Positions 1-10,005 of a DNA stretch of 64,000 nt are shown here, piece by piece. Source of the stretch: an uncultured Christensenella sp. (GTDB lineage Bacteria > Bacillota > Clostridia > Christensenellales > UBA1242); contig CAJTYR010000001.1 in the NCBI GenBank assembly GCA_910584295.1, forward strand, positions 69,374 to 133,373, written 5' to 3'. The stretch's first letter is position 1. Every line of letters begins with the position of its first letter. The position numbers and the translations under genes were made by a program. The notes beneath the pieces were generated by a model that did no database searches, had not been told where the DNA came from, and saw nothing but the letters and a program-made list of their open reading frames with translations.

Positions 1-553
1 TTTTATAAAAATCTTCAACAACCATAGCATTCATTGTTGTGTCGATGATTCTCATATATTTTCCAACCTTAATTCTTATTACTGAATGCAAATATTTGGT
101 TTGATTGGTAAGGCCTTGCATAAAACCAGTCAAAACTGAACACTCATCATCTTGTAAGCCCCTTGCAATATGATAACAAAGTATATGACATTTGCCTTGT
201 CTCCTATCAAAATCCAAAAACTGATCTTTATTTTCAAAAAGTTTATTAATTGGATATACAGAGCTTTTAACACCTAATAGATTTAATCTCAAGATGTCCT
301 TTTTAATTTTTGCTTTTTTCAATCCAAATTTTCGTAATCGTCTCAAATCATTTAAATTTTGTTTATCATTTCTATTAGTTGAATTGAAATTTGAGATAAT
401 TGTTCGGACTTGTTTTTGAAGTAGTCTCAAATATTCACCTTCTTTTAAAAATGCGTCAATCTCTGAAGTCTTTTTATTTTCAAAAAGAGAATAGAGTTGG
501 TCTTCCCTTTCTCTTGAATTTTTATCCATTTGTTGATATGTTTCGTATGTCAT
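1..553 (-). CDS. hypothetical protein, N-terminal part only (C-terminus lies beyond the window start)
   Basis: ATG at 553 (MTYETYQQMDKNSREREDQLYSLF...) stays open to position 1 on the minus strand. It is absent from the ORF track because it runs off the edge. No family recognised; one RxxxxH string (RQGKCH). Confidence 0.5.
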   Translation of the reverse strand, partial: MTYETYQQMDKNSREREDQLYSLFENKKTSEIDAFLKEGEYLRLLQKQVRTIISNFNSTNRNDKQNLNDLRRLRKFGLKKAKIKKDILRLNLLGVKSSVYPINKLFENKDQFLDFDRRQGKCHILCYHIARGLQDDECSVLTGFMQGLTNQTKYLHSVIRIKVGKYMRIIDTTMNAMVVEDFYK

Positions 554-637
554 CTTAAGAACTTTCCTTCCTTTATATTGAAAAGTCTATCACAGCATGG
601 TTTCCTTGTCAATACCTACAAAAAAAACAAGCCCATA

Positions 638-856
638 CTAGGCTTGTTCTGTTTGTTTTTGGGATTGTCCCTTTGGTTTTTGTTTTGGTTTTTGCTTTTT
701 TGGTGACTTAACAGTCTCTTTAAGCATTTCAACTTCTTGTTTGACAGCTTTTTCGCCTTTGTTTACAAGTTGTTTTGCTTCTTGAGAATGCTTATACAAA
801 AGAGCACCAGTAACAAGTCCCGCACCAAAGCCCATAATCATCCAAACTTCTTTCAT
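638..856 (-). CDS. YtxH-like small membrane protein (N-terminal TM helix, charged coil, Lys-rich tail)
   Basis: 72 aa. GFGAGLVTGALLY helix followed by a charged coil is typical of YtxH-domain proteins. RBS AGGAGGAAG lies upstream. Confidence 0.6.
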   Translation of the reverse strand: MKEVWMIMGFGAGLVTGALLYKHSQEAKQLVNKGEKAVKQEVEMLKETVKSPKKQKPKQKPKGQSQKQTEQA

Positions 857-913
857 TTGCTTCCTCCTGTTTCTAGGATTTGCAAATTGTCGAATATTAT
901 ACGCTATTGTCGA

Positions 914-1876
914 TTAATACTTAAATCTGTCAAGCATATTGATAATTTTTCCATAATCTGCTTGAGCATTTGTTCTGAAAACAAGTGGATCTTCAAAAAG
1001 GGTCTTTGATGAGTCACAAATTGAAGTGAAGGTTTTTGGATTTCGTATTCTGATATAGTTTGCAACATTGACAAAGGTCTTATAGACATCGTTTTTATCA
1101 TAAAGCACATCAGGACAGTTTGCAAGCAGACTTTCCAAAACTATTTGATTTGGAATTTTGTCATAAATCTTTGAATACAAAGAATTGAAGATTTTTGCCA
1201 TGCTGACAAACATAGCTCCACATGCCCCATATTTTTTATCAAGATTTTCATAACGTTTTCCAAAATTAACGCTGATAAACTTGTTTTTTGACTCTTTATA
1301 AAGTTTGTATGTGTCTGTGGAAGCATCATAAATGGTCACATAGATATTAATTTTGACACCAGTGCCGAAATCGTCACTTCCTACAAGGCTTAAGCAATAA
1401 GGAAATTCATAAACCATTGATGTTTCTGTGATTTGGTCGGCAAGTCGATACATAAGATCTTTTTTAAGGTCAGAAACCTTATATTTTTCAATGGTGACAG
1501 GTGTTTTCTTTGCTTCTTCCTCTCCACGTTTTTTCTTCTTATATTTCTTCTTTCTGCCAATTCTCCAAGAAGCCTTAAACTCTCTCCAAAGATATTTCCA
1601 CCAATTCTTTTTTACTTTTGAGTTGAATTCAATTTCAGTGTTTTCAACTCCCAAGAAATAAGAATATTCAGAAAGTTGGCTGAAAGCGCCCAAATAGATT
1701 TCATTCACAGGAATGATGTTGCACTTTTCAAGTTGAACAAAAGGTGATTTGATGCAAATTTTTTCAATTGCATCTGAAACCAGTGAGAAAACTGTGCTTG
1801 TAACATTTTCTGCAAAGTTTTCATTACTGCTGCTGTTCAACCCTTCAATAATTTCTCTGTTTAAAAGATTTTTCAT
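914..1876 (-). CDS. hypothetical protein, possible divergent Pol-beta-superfamily (SMODS/CD-NTase-like) nucleotidyltransferase
   Basis: Start moved to MKNLLNRE (ATG 1876), which has an AAGGA RBS and removes the overlap with gap. GA-x16-EIEF, a later IYVTIYD and C-terminal IVLESLLANCPDVLY resemble the GS...DxD...D and ECLvYNvP motifs of CD-NTases. The catalytic acids would be Glu rather than Asp. Contains a Lys-rich insertion. Confidence 0.35.
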   Translation of the reverse strand: MKNLLNREIIEGLNSSSNENFAENVTSTVFSLVSDAIEKICIKSPFVQLEKCNIIPVNEIYLGAFSQLSEYSYFLGVENTEIEFNSKVKKNWWKYLWREFKASWRIGRKKKYKKKKRGEEEAKKTPVTIEKYKVSDLKKDLMYRLADQITETSMVYEFPYCLSLVGSDDFGTGVKINIYVTIYDASTDTYKLYKESKNKFISVNFGKRYENLDKKYGACGAMFVSMAKIFNSLYSKIYDKIPNQIVLESLLANCPDVLYDKNDVYKTFVNVANYIRIRNPKTFTSICDSSKTLFEDPLVFRTNAQADYGKIINMLDRFKY

Positions 1877-1887
1877 CTGATTTTCCT

Positions 1888-2901
<1,014 letters not shown>

Positions 2902-2912
2902 TTAAACCCCTT

Positions 2913-3980
2913 TTATTTTTTTGTAGTTGTTTTGGCTTTTGTTGCCGAAACACTTTTCTTTGTTGTGCTTGTTCCGCTCTTTTTTGCTTCAGCAGAATTC
3001 TTAGTCATAGTTGTTTTCTTTGTTTCAGATTTTGTTGCTGTTGTTTTTTTGTTTGAATTTGCAGAAGTTTTTGACTTTGCCACTTTCTCTTGAGCAACTG
3101 TTTTTGTTGTCTTTTTCTTTGTTGCAGTTTTTGATTTTGCCTTCGCAGTTGTTGACTTTTTCATAGGTTTTTCTTCCTCTTCAACAACAAAATTTCCAGG
3201 AATGACCTCAATAGGTTCAGCGGCTTTGTATTCAAGTTCTCCAACTGTGATTGTTCTTGTATAATTTACCAACAATATTCCAAAAATCGTAAGGGCAACA
3301 AACAGCATTGCAATCACCAAAACAACAAAAATTGCACGAAGTGGGCTTACAAATGCAAAGATGCATCCAGCACCAGCAATGCTTCCTCCCAAAATAAATA
3401 CTGCCAAAGAAAGAAGCCCAGCATTTTTAAATTTGTTATAGTCTTTCTTAACAGGAGTGGTTTGTGTTTCGATTTCACCAACATCAACCCCAACATACTT
3501 GTTTATTCTTGTTGCCATTGACAGATTTGGGCAAGAAGAAATCAACTCATGAAGAAACTCGCTGTAACAAATTGCAGAAATATCTTCAAAGAAACTGAAA
3601 GCAAAAAATTTCTTGATAGTTTTTCTTGCAAAGTTTTTGAGCGCAGTCACAAATTTGTTGTGATGAGCGCGGAGAGTTGCAATTTCATTCTCAGAGGTTG
3701 TCAAAGCAGTATATTCCTCATCAGTGATTGGTCTTCTGATGACAAGAAGTTTTCCTTTTTGTCTCTCAATTTTTTGAAGTTCATTAATGATTTCTTCTTT
3801 TTTTGCTTTGTCATCAAAAATATGAATTTCAACATTGTTGTTATTATTGTTTGAAACGAATTTTTCTTTTAATGACTTTCTTATGCCCACATAAATGTGA
3901 GCCTCTTTTTCTTTATGCTTTGCAATAAATTCACAAAAGCCTTCAACATTTTCAATGATTGGAATAAAAATATTTATCAT
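2913..3980 (-). CDS. membrane protein with GT-A-like N-terminus, two TM helices and an ~85-aa Lys/Thr/Ser-rich basic tail
   Basis: N-terminus MINIFIPIIENVEG resembles the start of a GT2 fold. Hydrophobic block LLSLAVFILGGSIAGAGCIFAF...VVLVIAMLFVALTIFGILLV. Tail KKSTTAKAKSKTATKKKTTKT... Confidence 0.6.
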   Translation of the reverse strand: MINIFIPIIENVEGFCEFIAKHKEKEAHIYVGIRKSLKEKFVSNNNNNNVEIHIFDDKAKKEEIINELQKIERQKGKLLVIRRPITDEEYTALTTSENEIATLRAHHNKFVTALKNFARKTIKKFFAFSFFEDISAICYSEFLHELISSCPNLSMATRINKYVGVDVGEIETQTTPVKKDYNKFKNAGLLSLAVFILGGSIAGAGCIFAFVSPLRAIFVVLVIAMLFVALTIFGILLVNYTRTITVGELEYKAAEPIEVIPGNFVVEEEEKPMKKSTTAKAKSKTATKKKTTKTVAQEKVAKSKTSANSNKKTTATKSETKKTTMTKNSAEAKKSGTSTTKKSVSATKAKTTTKK

Positions 3981-4411
3981 TTGCTCTCTCCTGAAATCTT
4001 TTTAAGTCTTCTTGCATGTCTTCCACCCTCAAAAGGTGTTGTAAGGAAAACCTTTGCAATCTTTATTGCTTTTTTCTTCTTAAGGTAATTTGCTGAAAGA
4101 CACAAAACATTTGCATCATTGTGCTTTCGTGCGTACATTGCCATGTCTTCGCTCAAACATAAAGCTGCCCTAATTTTTGGATTTCTGTTTGCAGCCAAAC
4201 TCATGCCAATCCCAGTTCCACAAATGAAAATCCCAACATTGTTTTTATCTTCAAGAATTTTTGCAATGCCCAGTTTTGCAAAATCTGGATAATCTACAGG
4301 CTCTTTGCTGTATGTTCCAACATCAATTGTGATGATGTTTTCTTGGTTGAAGAAAGTTTTCAACTCTTCTTTCAAAGGATAGCCTCTGTGGTCGCTTGCC
4401 ATGATAATCAT
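3977..4411 (-). CDS. rpiB: ribose-5-phosphate isomerase B
   Basis: ASDHRGYPLKEEL and CGTGIGMSLAANR motifs; 4-nt overlap with the upstream phosphatase gene, as in B. subtilis ywlE-ywlF. Confidence 0.93.
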   Translation of the reverse strand: MIIMASDHRGYPLKEELKTFFNQENIITIDVGTYSKEPVDYPDFAKLGIAKILEDKNNVGIFICGTGIGMSLAANRNPKIRAALCLSEDMAMYARKHNDANVLCLSANYLKKKKAIKIAKVFLTTPFEGGRHARRLKKISGESK

Positions 4412-4836
4412 AATTCACCTCTCAGATTTTCAATTTTGCTTAAAAGCATTTCAACATTTTGTTCAATAAGTTTTGCACATTTTTCATATATTTCAAGATC
4501 TTGCTGAAATGGGTCGATCACTTTGCCTGCCAAATCTTCAAAACTGATGACCTTGTCTGACTGAATAAAGCGTTTGTGATCATTTGTCACCACAACATAC
4601 AAACAATTGGGATTAATCTTTTTAAAAGAAACACTCCTCTTTTTTCTCCCATCATAGCCCAGTTTTGCAAGCACCTCACAAGCATGTTTTGCACTTGGTT
4701 CTCCTTTGGAAAATAAACCTGCAGAAGAAAATTTGACATCTTTCAGTTTTCGATCTTTAGCCATTTTTCTCGCAATGCGTTCTGCCATAAATGACCTGCA
4801 AGTTCCACCGGTGCAAACAAAACAAATTTCAATCAT
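4408..4836 (-). CDS. low-molecular-weight protein tyrosine/arginine phosphatase (YwlE-like)
   Basis: CX5R P-loop VCTGGTCRS at the N-terminus and a DP loop (VIDPF); sits next to rpiB. Confidence 0.85.
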   Translation of the reverse strand: MIEICFVCTGGTCRSFMAERIARKMAKDRKLKDVKFSSAGLFSKGEPSAKHACEVLAKLGYDGRKKRSVSFKKINPNCLYVVVTNDHKRFIQSDKVISFEDLAGKVIDPFQQDLEIYEKCAKLIEQNVEMLLSKIENLRGEL

Positions 4837-4901
4837 ATTTTCACCTAGTGTGATTATAACCCAATAAACGAAAAAAACAAAGCAAAATTGCTCTGTTTTT
4901 C

Positions 4902-5213
4902 TTAAATTGAAATCTTTTTTGGTTTATAAAGTTTGTCAAGATTATATTTATCTCTGATTTTTGCAAGGAAAATATGCAAGGTAACTCTATCAAAGTCAAA
5001 TACAATCCATTCCCCTTTATTATAGCCTTCAATTTTGTCTTCATAGTTAAATTTTTCAGCAAGAATATCTGCAACCCTTTTGCTGTCTTGAACTTTGTTT
5101 GAAGTCGATAAAACAACAAACTTCTCTTCAGAGTTTGCTGAAAGGTCATAAACAGACACATTTTTGATTTTGTTTGCAGACAAAATCTCCACCAATTGCT
5201 TTACTTCAACCAT
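4902..5213 (-). CDS. rsfS: ribosome silencing factor RsfS
   Basis: 103 aa. EGYNKGEWIVFDFDRVTLHIFLAKIRDKYNLDKLY matches the iojap/RsfS signature. Confidence 0.9.
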   Translation of the reverse strand: MVEVKQLVEILSANKIKNVSVYDLSANSEEKFVVLSTSNKVQDSKRVADILAEKFNYEDKIEGYNKGEWIVFDFDRVTLHIFLAKIRDKYNLDKLYKPKKISI

Positions 5214-5305
5214 GAAATTATTTTATCAGCAAAACCGATGCTTTGTCAACCATTTTAAATTTAAAATTATGATTAAATCTGCTTATTTCTGTCAAAAATT
5301 GAAAC

Positions 5306-6118
5306 ATGAAAAAAATAAGCTTAATTCTTCAAGAATTTTTAAAAATCTTTCTTATATTTTTGATTTTGTTTGTCTGGATAAGATATATGATAAGAAAACT
5401 ATGGGTTTCTGTTCTCATTTCCACTCTTTGTACAACAGCAATATATCTTATACTTCTGTTTTTAAGAAAAAAGAGAAAGATCAAATTGGGGATGAAAGTA
5501 AAAGAAAAAGAGGATGCAGAAAACATGTTTCTGTCATTGAGTTTTGAAAGTTCTCCAATGGATTTTTTCTATAAACTGACATCAAAAAGGCATCAAAATA
5601 TCGTCAAGCATAAAAAGTATTTATCAATAGACTATTCTCTTGAAAATGTCAAAACAATTCTTTGGTTTGATGGAAACTTTGGAGGTTTAACCATCCCACG
5701 CCTTTGCGAAATTTATGATAAAGTGAAAAAAGAAAAAGCAACGAAAATTGTGATATGTTGCTATGAAATTTCTGACAAAAATCTTTTGAGTTTCATCCAT
5801 ACTTTCGAAGAAAAATTTGTAATTATGGACAGATATCAAACATATGAAAAACTCTATAAACTTTATGATTGTTATCCAAAAATCACAAAGACATATCCAA
5901 AAGAAAAAAGTATGGCATTTAAGGATCTTTTAAGACTTTCTTTCAATAAAAAAAGAACAAAAGGTTATTTGTTCTCTTCAATGATTTTAATTTTAAGTGG
6001 TCTCTTTGTGCGAACATCCATTTATTATTGTATAATAGCCTCTCTGCTCATAGTTTTTGCCTTGATTTCACAATTCAATGTTACCTACAACACAACGAAA
6101 GACGAGGAAATACTCTAA
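5306..6118 (+). CDS. hypothetical membrane protein (2 N-terminal and 2 C-terminal TM helices flanking a soluble domain)
   Basis: Long ORF in an otherwise empty interval. Clear hydrophobic segments at both ends. No family recognised. Confidence 0.6.
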   Translation: MKKISLILQEFLKIFLIFLILFVWIRYMIRKLWVSVLISTLCTTAIYLILLFLRKKRKIKLGMKVKEKEDAENMFLSLSFESSPMDFFYKLTSKRHQNIVKHKKYLSIDYSLENVKTILWFDGNFGGLTIPRLCEIYDKVKKEKATKIVICCYEISDKNLLSFIHTFEEKFVIMDRYQTYEKLYKLYDCYPKITKTYPKEKSMAFKDLLRLSFNKKRTKGYLFSSMILILSGLFVRTSIYYCIIASLLIVFALISQFNVTYNTTKDEEIL

Positions 6119-6119
6119 T

Positions 6120-6416
6120 TTATGGCAATTGAATATGCTTGAAGCCCTTTTTAGTTGATTTTTTATACAAAATAAAGATGTTTCCAATGCATTGAACAAC
6201 ATCAGCATTAAGCATTGGAGCAATCTCGTTTGCCAAGGTCTTTGCATCGCTGTCACAATTATTAAGCACCTTAAATTTAACAAGTTCTCTTGCTTGCAGC
6301 AATTGTTCGGCACTTGTCAAAACATTTTCAGTTGCACCTTCTTTTCCGATTTGCATCACTGGATCAAGAGCATTTCCAAGTCCTCTAAGGAACGCTCTTT
6401 GTTTGGTTGTTATCAT
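6120..6416 (-). CDS. yhbY: YhbY/CRM-domain RNA-binding protein
   Basis: TTKQRAFLRGLGNALDPVMQIGKEG is the YhbY signature; RBS AAGGAG. Confidence 0.85.
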   Translation of the reverse strand: MITTKQRAFLRGLGNALDPVMQIGKEGATENVLTSAEQLLQARELVKFKVLNNCDSDAKTLANEIAPMLNADVVQCIGNIFILYKKSTKKGFKHIQLP

Positions 6417-6438
6417 ATTTTCTCCTTAAACTGTTACG

Positions 6439-6487
6439 ATATATTGTGTATTATTCAAACTTAGTGATAACATAACACACAATATAT
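6439..6487. repeat. 16-bp inverted repeat (one G-U in RNA) with 17-nt loop between obg and yhbY; carries copy 1 of the 15-mer TAATACACAATATAT
   Basis: ATATATTGTGTATTAT (6439-6454) pairs with the right arm ending ACACACAATATAT (6475-6487). Confidence 0.75.
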
Positions 6488-6489
6488 TG

Positions 6490-7761
6490 TTATTCTACAT
6501 ATTCAAATTCAATATCTTTAATGATGACAGTGTCACCCTCTTTCATACCTCGCTCCAAAAGCATGTCAATGACACCCATTTCCTTGAGTTTGGTTTGTAG
6601 ATAAGCAAAAGAATATTCATTTGACATAATAATTCCTCTTGCGAGATTTTCAATTCTCCCACCAGAAACAACAAAACTCCCATCATCTCTTCTTGAAATT
6701 TCAATTTTTGAGAAATCTTTCTTATCAAAATCAAATTCTTCAACAACAAGAGCCGGCTTTTTTGGGATTTTTTTCAAATTCTCAAGAATTTTTTTCTTAA
6801 GATCTTCAACACCACTTCTTGTATAAGATGATATGCAAACATAATCTTCAATTTTTAAAACTTCAACAAAATTCTTGATCTTTTCTTCCAATTCTTTTGT
6901 TTCAAGAAGGTCACATTTTGAAAAAGCAACAATTTGCTTCGTTTTTCCAAGATGATTATCATATTTAATCAATTCGTTATTGATTATTTTAAAGTCCTCA
7001 ATCGCATTCCTGCCTTCGCACTCTGAGATATCAACAAGATGAACAATAAGTCTGACACGCTCAACATGTTTCAAGAAATAATGTCCAAGCCCAGCCCCAT
7101 CACTTGCTCCTTCAATAAGCCCAGGGATATCTGCCACAACAAATGTTTCACCCAAAACCTCACAAACCCCCAAATTTGGATATATGGTTGTGAAATGATA
7201 GTTTGCAATTTTTGGATTTGCATTTGAAATTACTGACAAAAGGGTTGACTTCCCAACATTGGGAAATCCAAGAAGTCCAACATCAGCAATGGTTTTAAGT
7301 TCCAAAATCACCTCTTTAGTTTCTGTGACTTCTCCTGCTTGGGAAAAGCTTGGTGCTTGTTTGATTGAGGATTTAAAATACGCATTTCCTCTTCCACCCA
7401 GTCCCCCCTTAAGTGCAATAAAAGTCTGTCCATCTTCATTGAGATCTGCAATGATTTTGTCCGTTTTTGGATTTATAAGAACCGTGCCAGTTGGAACAAG
7501 AATAATCTCATCTTTGCCAGTTTTTCCTGTTTGATTTTTTTGACTGCCATCTTCTCCATCTTCTGCCACAAACTTTTTCTTAAAGCGGAAAGAATAGAGC
7601 GTGTTGAGATCATTGGTTGCTTTAAAGATGATGTGCCCTCCTCTTCCACCATCACCACCATCAGGACCACCATTTGCGACCAATTTGGTGCGAAGAAAAG
7701 AAGTGGAACCCTTTCCACCATTTCCTGCTTTGATTGAAATTTTCACTCTGTCAAGAAACAT
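6490..7761 (-). CDS. obg: GTPase Obg/CgtA
   Basis: N-terminal Gly-rich Obg fold (GNGGKGSTSFLR, GGPDGGDGGRGG), G1 GFPNVGKST, and a C-terminal TGS-like domain. Confidence 0.97.
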   Translation of the reverse strand: MFLDRVKISIKAGNGGKGSTSFLRTKLVANGGPDGGDGGRGGHIIFKATNDLNTLYSFRFKKKFVAEDGEDGSQKNQTGKTGKDEIILVPTGTVLINPKTDKIIADLNEDGQTFIALKGGLGGRGNAYFKSSIKQAPSFSQAGEVTETKEVILELKTIADVGLLGFPNVGKSTLLSVISNANPKIANYHFTTIYPNLGVCEVLGETFVVADIPGLIEGASDGAGLGHYFLKHVERVRLIVHLVDISECEGRNAIEDFKIINNELIKYDNHLGKTKQIVAFSKCDLLETKELEEKIKNFVEVLKIEDYVCISSYTRSGVEDLKKKILENLKKIPKKPALVVEEFDFDKKDFSKIEISRRDDGSFVVSGGRIENLARGIIMSNEYSFAYLQTKLKEMGVIDMLLERGMKEGDTVIIKDIEFEYVE

Positions 7762-7907
7762 TCTTTTCTCCTTTAATAATGTCTAACTTTAACACAAATT
7801 TTATTCTTATATTCCTTTTTTAAGTTGCCACAAAATCGCCAAGCATTGCTACGATTTTGACTGCAGGCACAAACTTATCTTTGAGTTCTTGCGACAAGCA
7901 AGCAAAC

Positions 7908-8537
7908 TTAAATGTAGTTTTTTCTTGAAGGACATTTTTCACTAAACTCACAGTTAAAGCAATCTGGTTTGATTGCCTTGCAAGTGTATCTCCCAAAAAG
8001 CACCATTTGATAGTGCAATTTAGACCACGATTTTTTTGGAAAGAATTTCTTTAATTGTTCTTCGCAAATGTTTGGATTGTCAGTTTTTGCAATTCCGAGC
8101 CTGTTTGAGGTACGAAGCACATGTGTGTCAACTGCAAAAGCGTCTCCACCAAATGCCTCTGAAATCATGACATTTGCTGTTTTTCTGCCAACCCCAGCAA
8201 GTGAAGTCAAATCTTCAAATGCACTTGGCACTTCGCCACCAAACCGATCAATAATATCTCTGCTTGCACTCTGAATTGCTTTTGCTTTATTATGATAGAA
8301 TCCACAAGAATGAATCCACTTTTCAAGTTCGCCAAGAGGCATGTTGACAAAATCTTCAGGACTCTTTGCAACCTTAAAAAGTTCGTCTGTAACCTGATTA
8401 ACACGCCTATCAGTGCATTGAGCGGACAAAATCACAGCAACAAGGAGTTGAAAAGGGGTTTCATAGTGAAGTTCACATTCTGGTTTTTCAATCATCTTAT
8501 CAAGCCCATTCATAACATAGTCTTTAGTAAAAGCCAT
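7908..8537 (-). CDS. nth: endonuclease III
   Basis: HhH-GPD motif LAGVGRKTANV and a C-terminal 4-Cys cluster CKAIKPDCFNCEFSEKC. Confidence 0.95.
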   Translation of the reverse strand: MAFTKDYVMNGLDKMIEKPECELHYETPFQLLVAVILSAQCTDRRVNQVTDELFKVAKSPEDFVNMPLGELEKWIHSCGFYHNKAKAIQSASRDIIDRFGGEVPSAFEDLTSLAGVGRKTANVMISEAFGGDAFAVDTHVLRTSNRLGIAKTDNPNICEEQLKKFFPKKSWSKLHYQMVLFGRYTCKAIKPDCFNCEFSEKCPSRKNYI

Positions 8538-8547
8538 ACAAAACCTC

Positions 8548-10005
8548 TTATTTCATCATTGGGAAAAGAACAACATCTCTTATGTTTGGACAATCAAAAA
8601 TAAATTGCATAAATCTGTCGATTCCAAAGCCAAGTCCAGAGATTGGAGGCATGCCATGTTCCATAGCCAAAAGGAAATCTTCATCAACATCCATGGTCTC
8701 TTCATCACCTGCAGCCTTTTCTTCAAGTTGAAGTTCGAGATTTTTTCTTTGAATGGCTGGGTCAACAAGTTCACTGTATGCCTTAACAAGTTCTGCCCCA
8801 CCCGCAACAATTTGGAATACATCTATAATGCGGTCATCTTTGTCATTTCTTCTTGCAAGAGGGATAAGTGACGCTGGATAGTTAAACAAAATGGTTGGAT
8901 TGACAATTGGTGCTCTTATTTTTCTCTTATAAATATAGTCAACAAGAGTTCTCACAGTTTTGCACTCATCAAGTTCCGCATAACCAAAAAGTCCACGATC
9001 AACAACGATTTTCTTAAGTTCTTCAACATCTGTGATGTCAAGGAAATCACAACCTAAAAGTTCTCTCATGGTTGCCACATAGTCAATTCTCTTCCAATCT
9101 CCACCAAAATCAATTTCTTGACCTTGATAGTTCACTTTTGTTGTACCCAAACAATTTTCGAGAAGTTGCGAAATCATGCCTTTGAAAAATTTAATATTAT
9201 CCTCAAAATTCCAATAAGAAGCATACCATTCAACTTGAGTAAATTCTTGAAGGTGAGAAGGATCCATTCCCTCATTTCTGAAATCTTTTCCAAGTTCAAA
9301 AACTCTGTCAATTCCAGCACCTATGCATTGCTTGAGATAACATTCTGTCGCTATACGAAGGTTGCACTGTAAATCAAGAGCATTATGGTGAGTGAAGAAT
9401 GGCTTTGCACTTGCACCAGACACAGCAGTTTGAAGAATTGGAGTTTCAACTTCAATAAATCCATTATCCTCCAAATATCTTCTGATAAAAGAAACAATTT
9501 TGCTTCTTGTGATGAAAATCTTTCTTGAGTCCTCGTTTGAAATTAAATCCAAATATCTCTGTCTGTATTTGATTTCTTGATCAACAACACCATGGAACTT
9601 CTCTGGAAGTGGACGAAGAGTTTTTGACAAAAGCTCAATCTTTTCAGCTTTAACAGTCACCTCGCCTGTTTGAGTCTCATAAACCTCACCTTCAACACCA
9701 ATAAAGTCACCGATGTCGATCATCTTCTTATAGAAGTTATAATCTTCTTCAGCAATCTCATTTCTTCCGACAGAAATTTGAATTTTGTCATAGATATCTC
9801 GCACTTGACAGAAACCAAACTTTCCCATTATTCTGCGAGCAACCATTCTGCCGGCAACTTTCACTCTTTGCCCAACACTTTTTCTGGCTTCTGTGATTGT
9901 GCAAGTGCGTTCATATTTTTCTTTGTAAGGGATTTCACCCATTTTTTTAAGTTCTTCAATTTTTTGTCTTCTAACATCAACTTCATTTGACAAAATTTCT
10001 TCCAT
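8548..10005 (-). CDS. lysS: lysine--tRNA ligase, class II
   Basis: OB anticodon-binding N-terminus, class II motifs (FRNEG, GLGFGIDR); 485 aa. Confidence 0.97.
   Translation of the reverse strand: MEEILSNEVDVRRQKIEELKKMGEIPYKEKYERTCTITEARKSVGQRVKVAGRMVARRIMGKFGFCQVRDIYDKIQISVGRNEIAEEDYNFYKKMIDIGDFIGVEGEVYETQTGEVTVKAEKIELLSKTLRPLPEKFHGVVDQEIKYRQRYLDLISNEDSRKIFITRSKIVSFIRRYLEDNGFIEVETPILQTAVSGASAKPFFTHHNALDLQCNLRIATECYLKQCIGAGIDRVFELGKDFRNEGMDPSHLQEFTQVEWYASYWNFEDNIKFFKGMISQLLENCLGTTKVNYQGQEIDFGGDWKRIDYVATMRELLGCDFLDITDVEELKKIVVDRGLFGYAELDECKTVRTLVDYIYKRKIRAPIVNPTILFNYPASLIPLARRNDKDDRIIDVFQIVAGGAELVKAYSELVDPAIQRKNLELQLEEKAAGDEETMDVDEDFLLAMEHGMPPISGLGFGIDRFMQFIFDCPNIRDVVLFPMMK

Noticed and set aside
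4841-5161. 106-aa minus-strand ORF overlapping rsfS in another frame, and the 127-aa plus-strand ORF at 5164-5547.
   Set aside because: They overlap better-supported genes (rsfS, the membrane protein at 5306-6118), have no RBS and have nonsense composition.
7826-7870. Hairpin CAAAATCG-N13-CGATTTTG with an outer TGCC/GGCA extension between nth and obg.
   Set aside because: There is no U-tract on the transcribed strand and no recognisable riboswitch or leader features. It could be a weak structure in the obg leader, but I cannot support a function.
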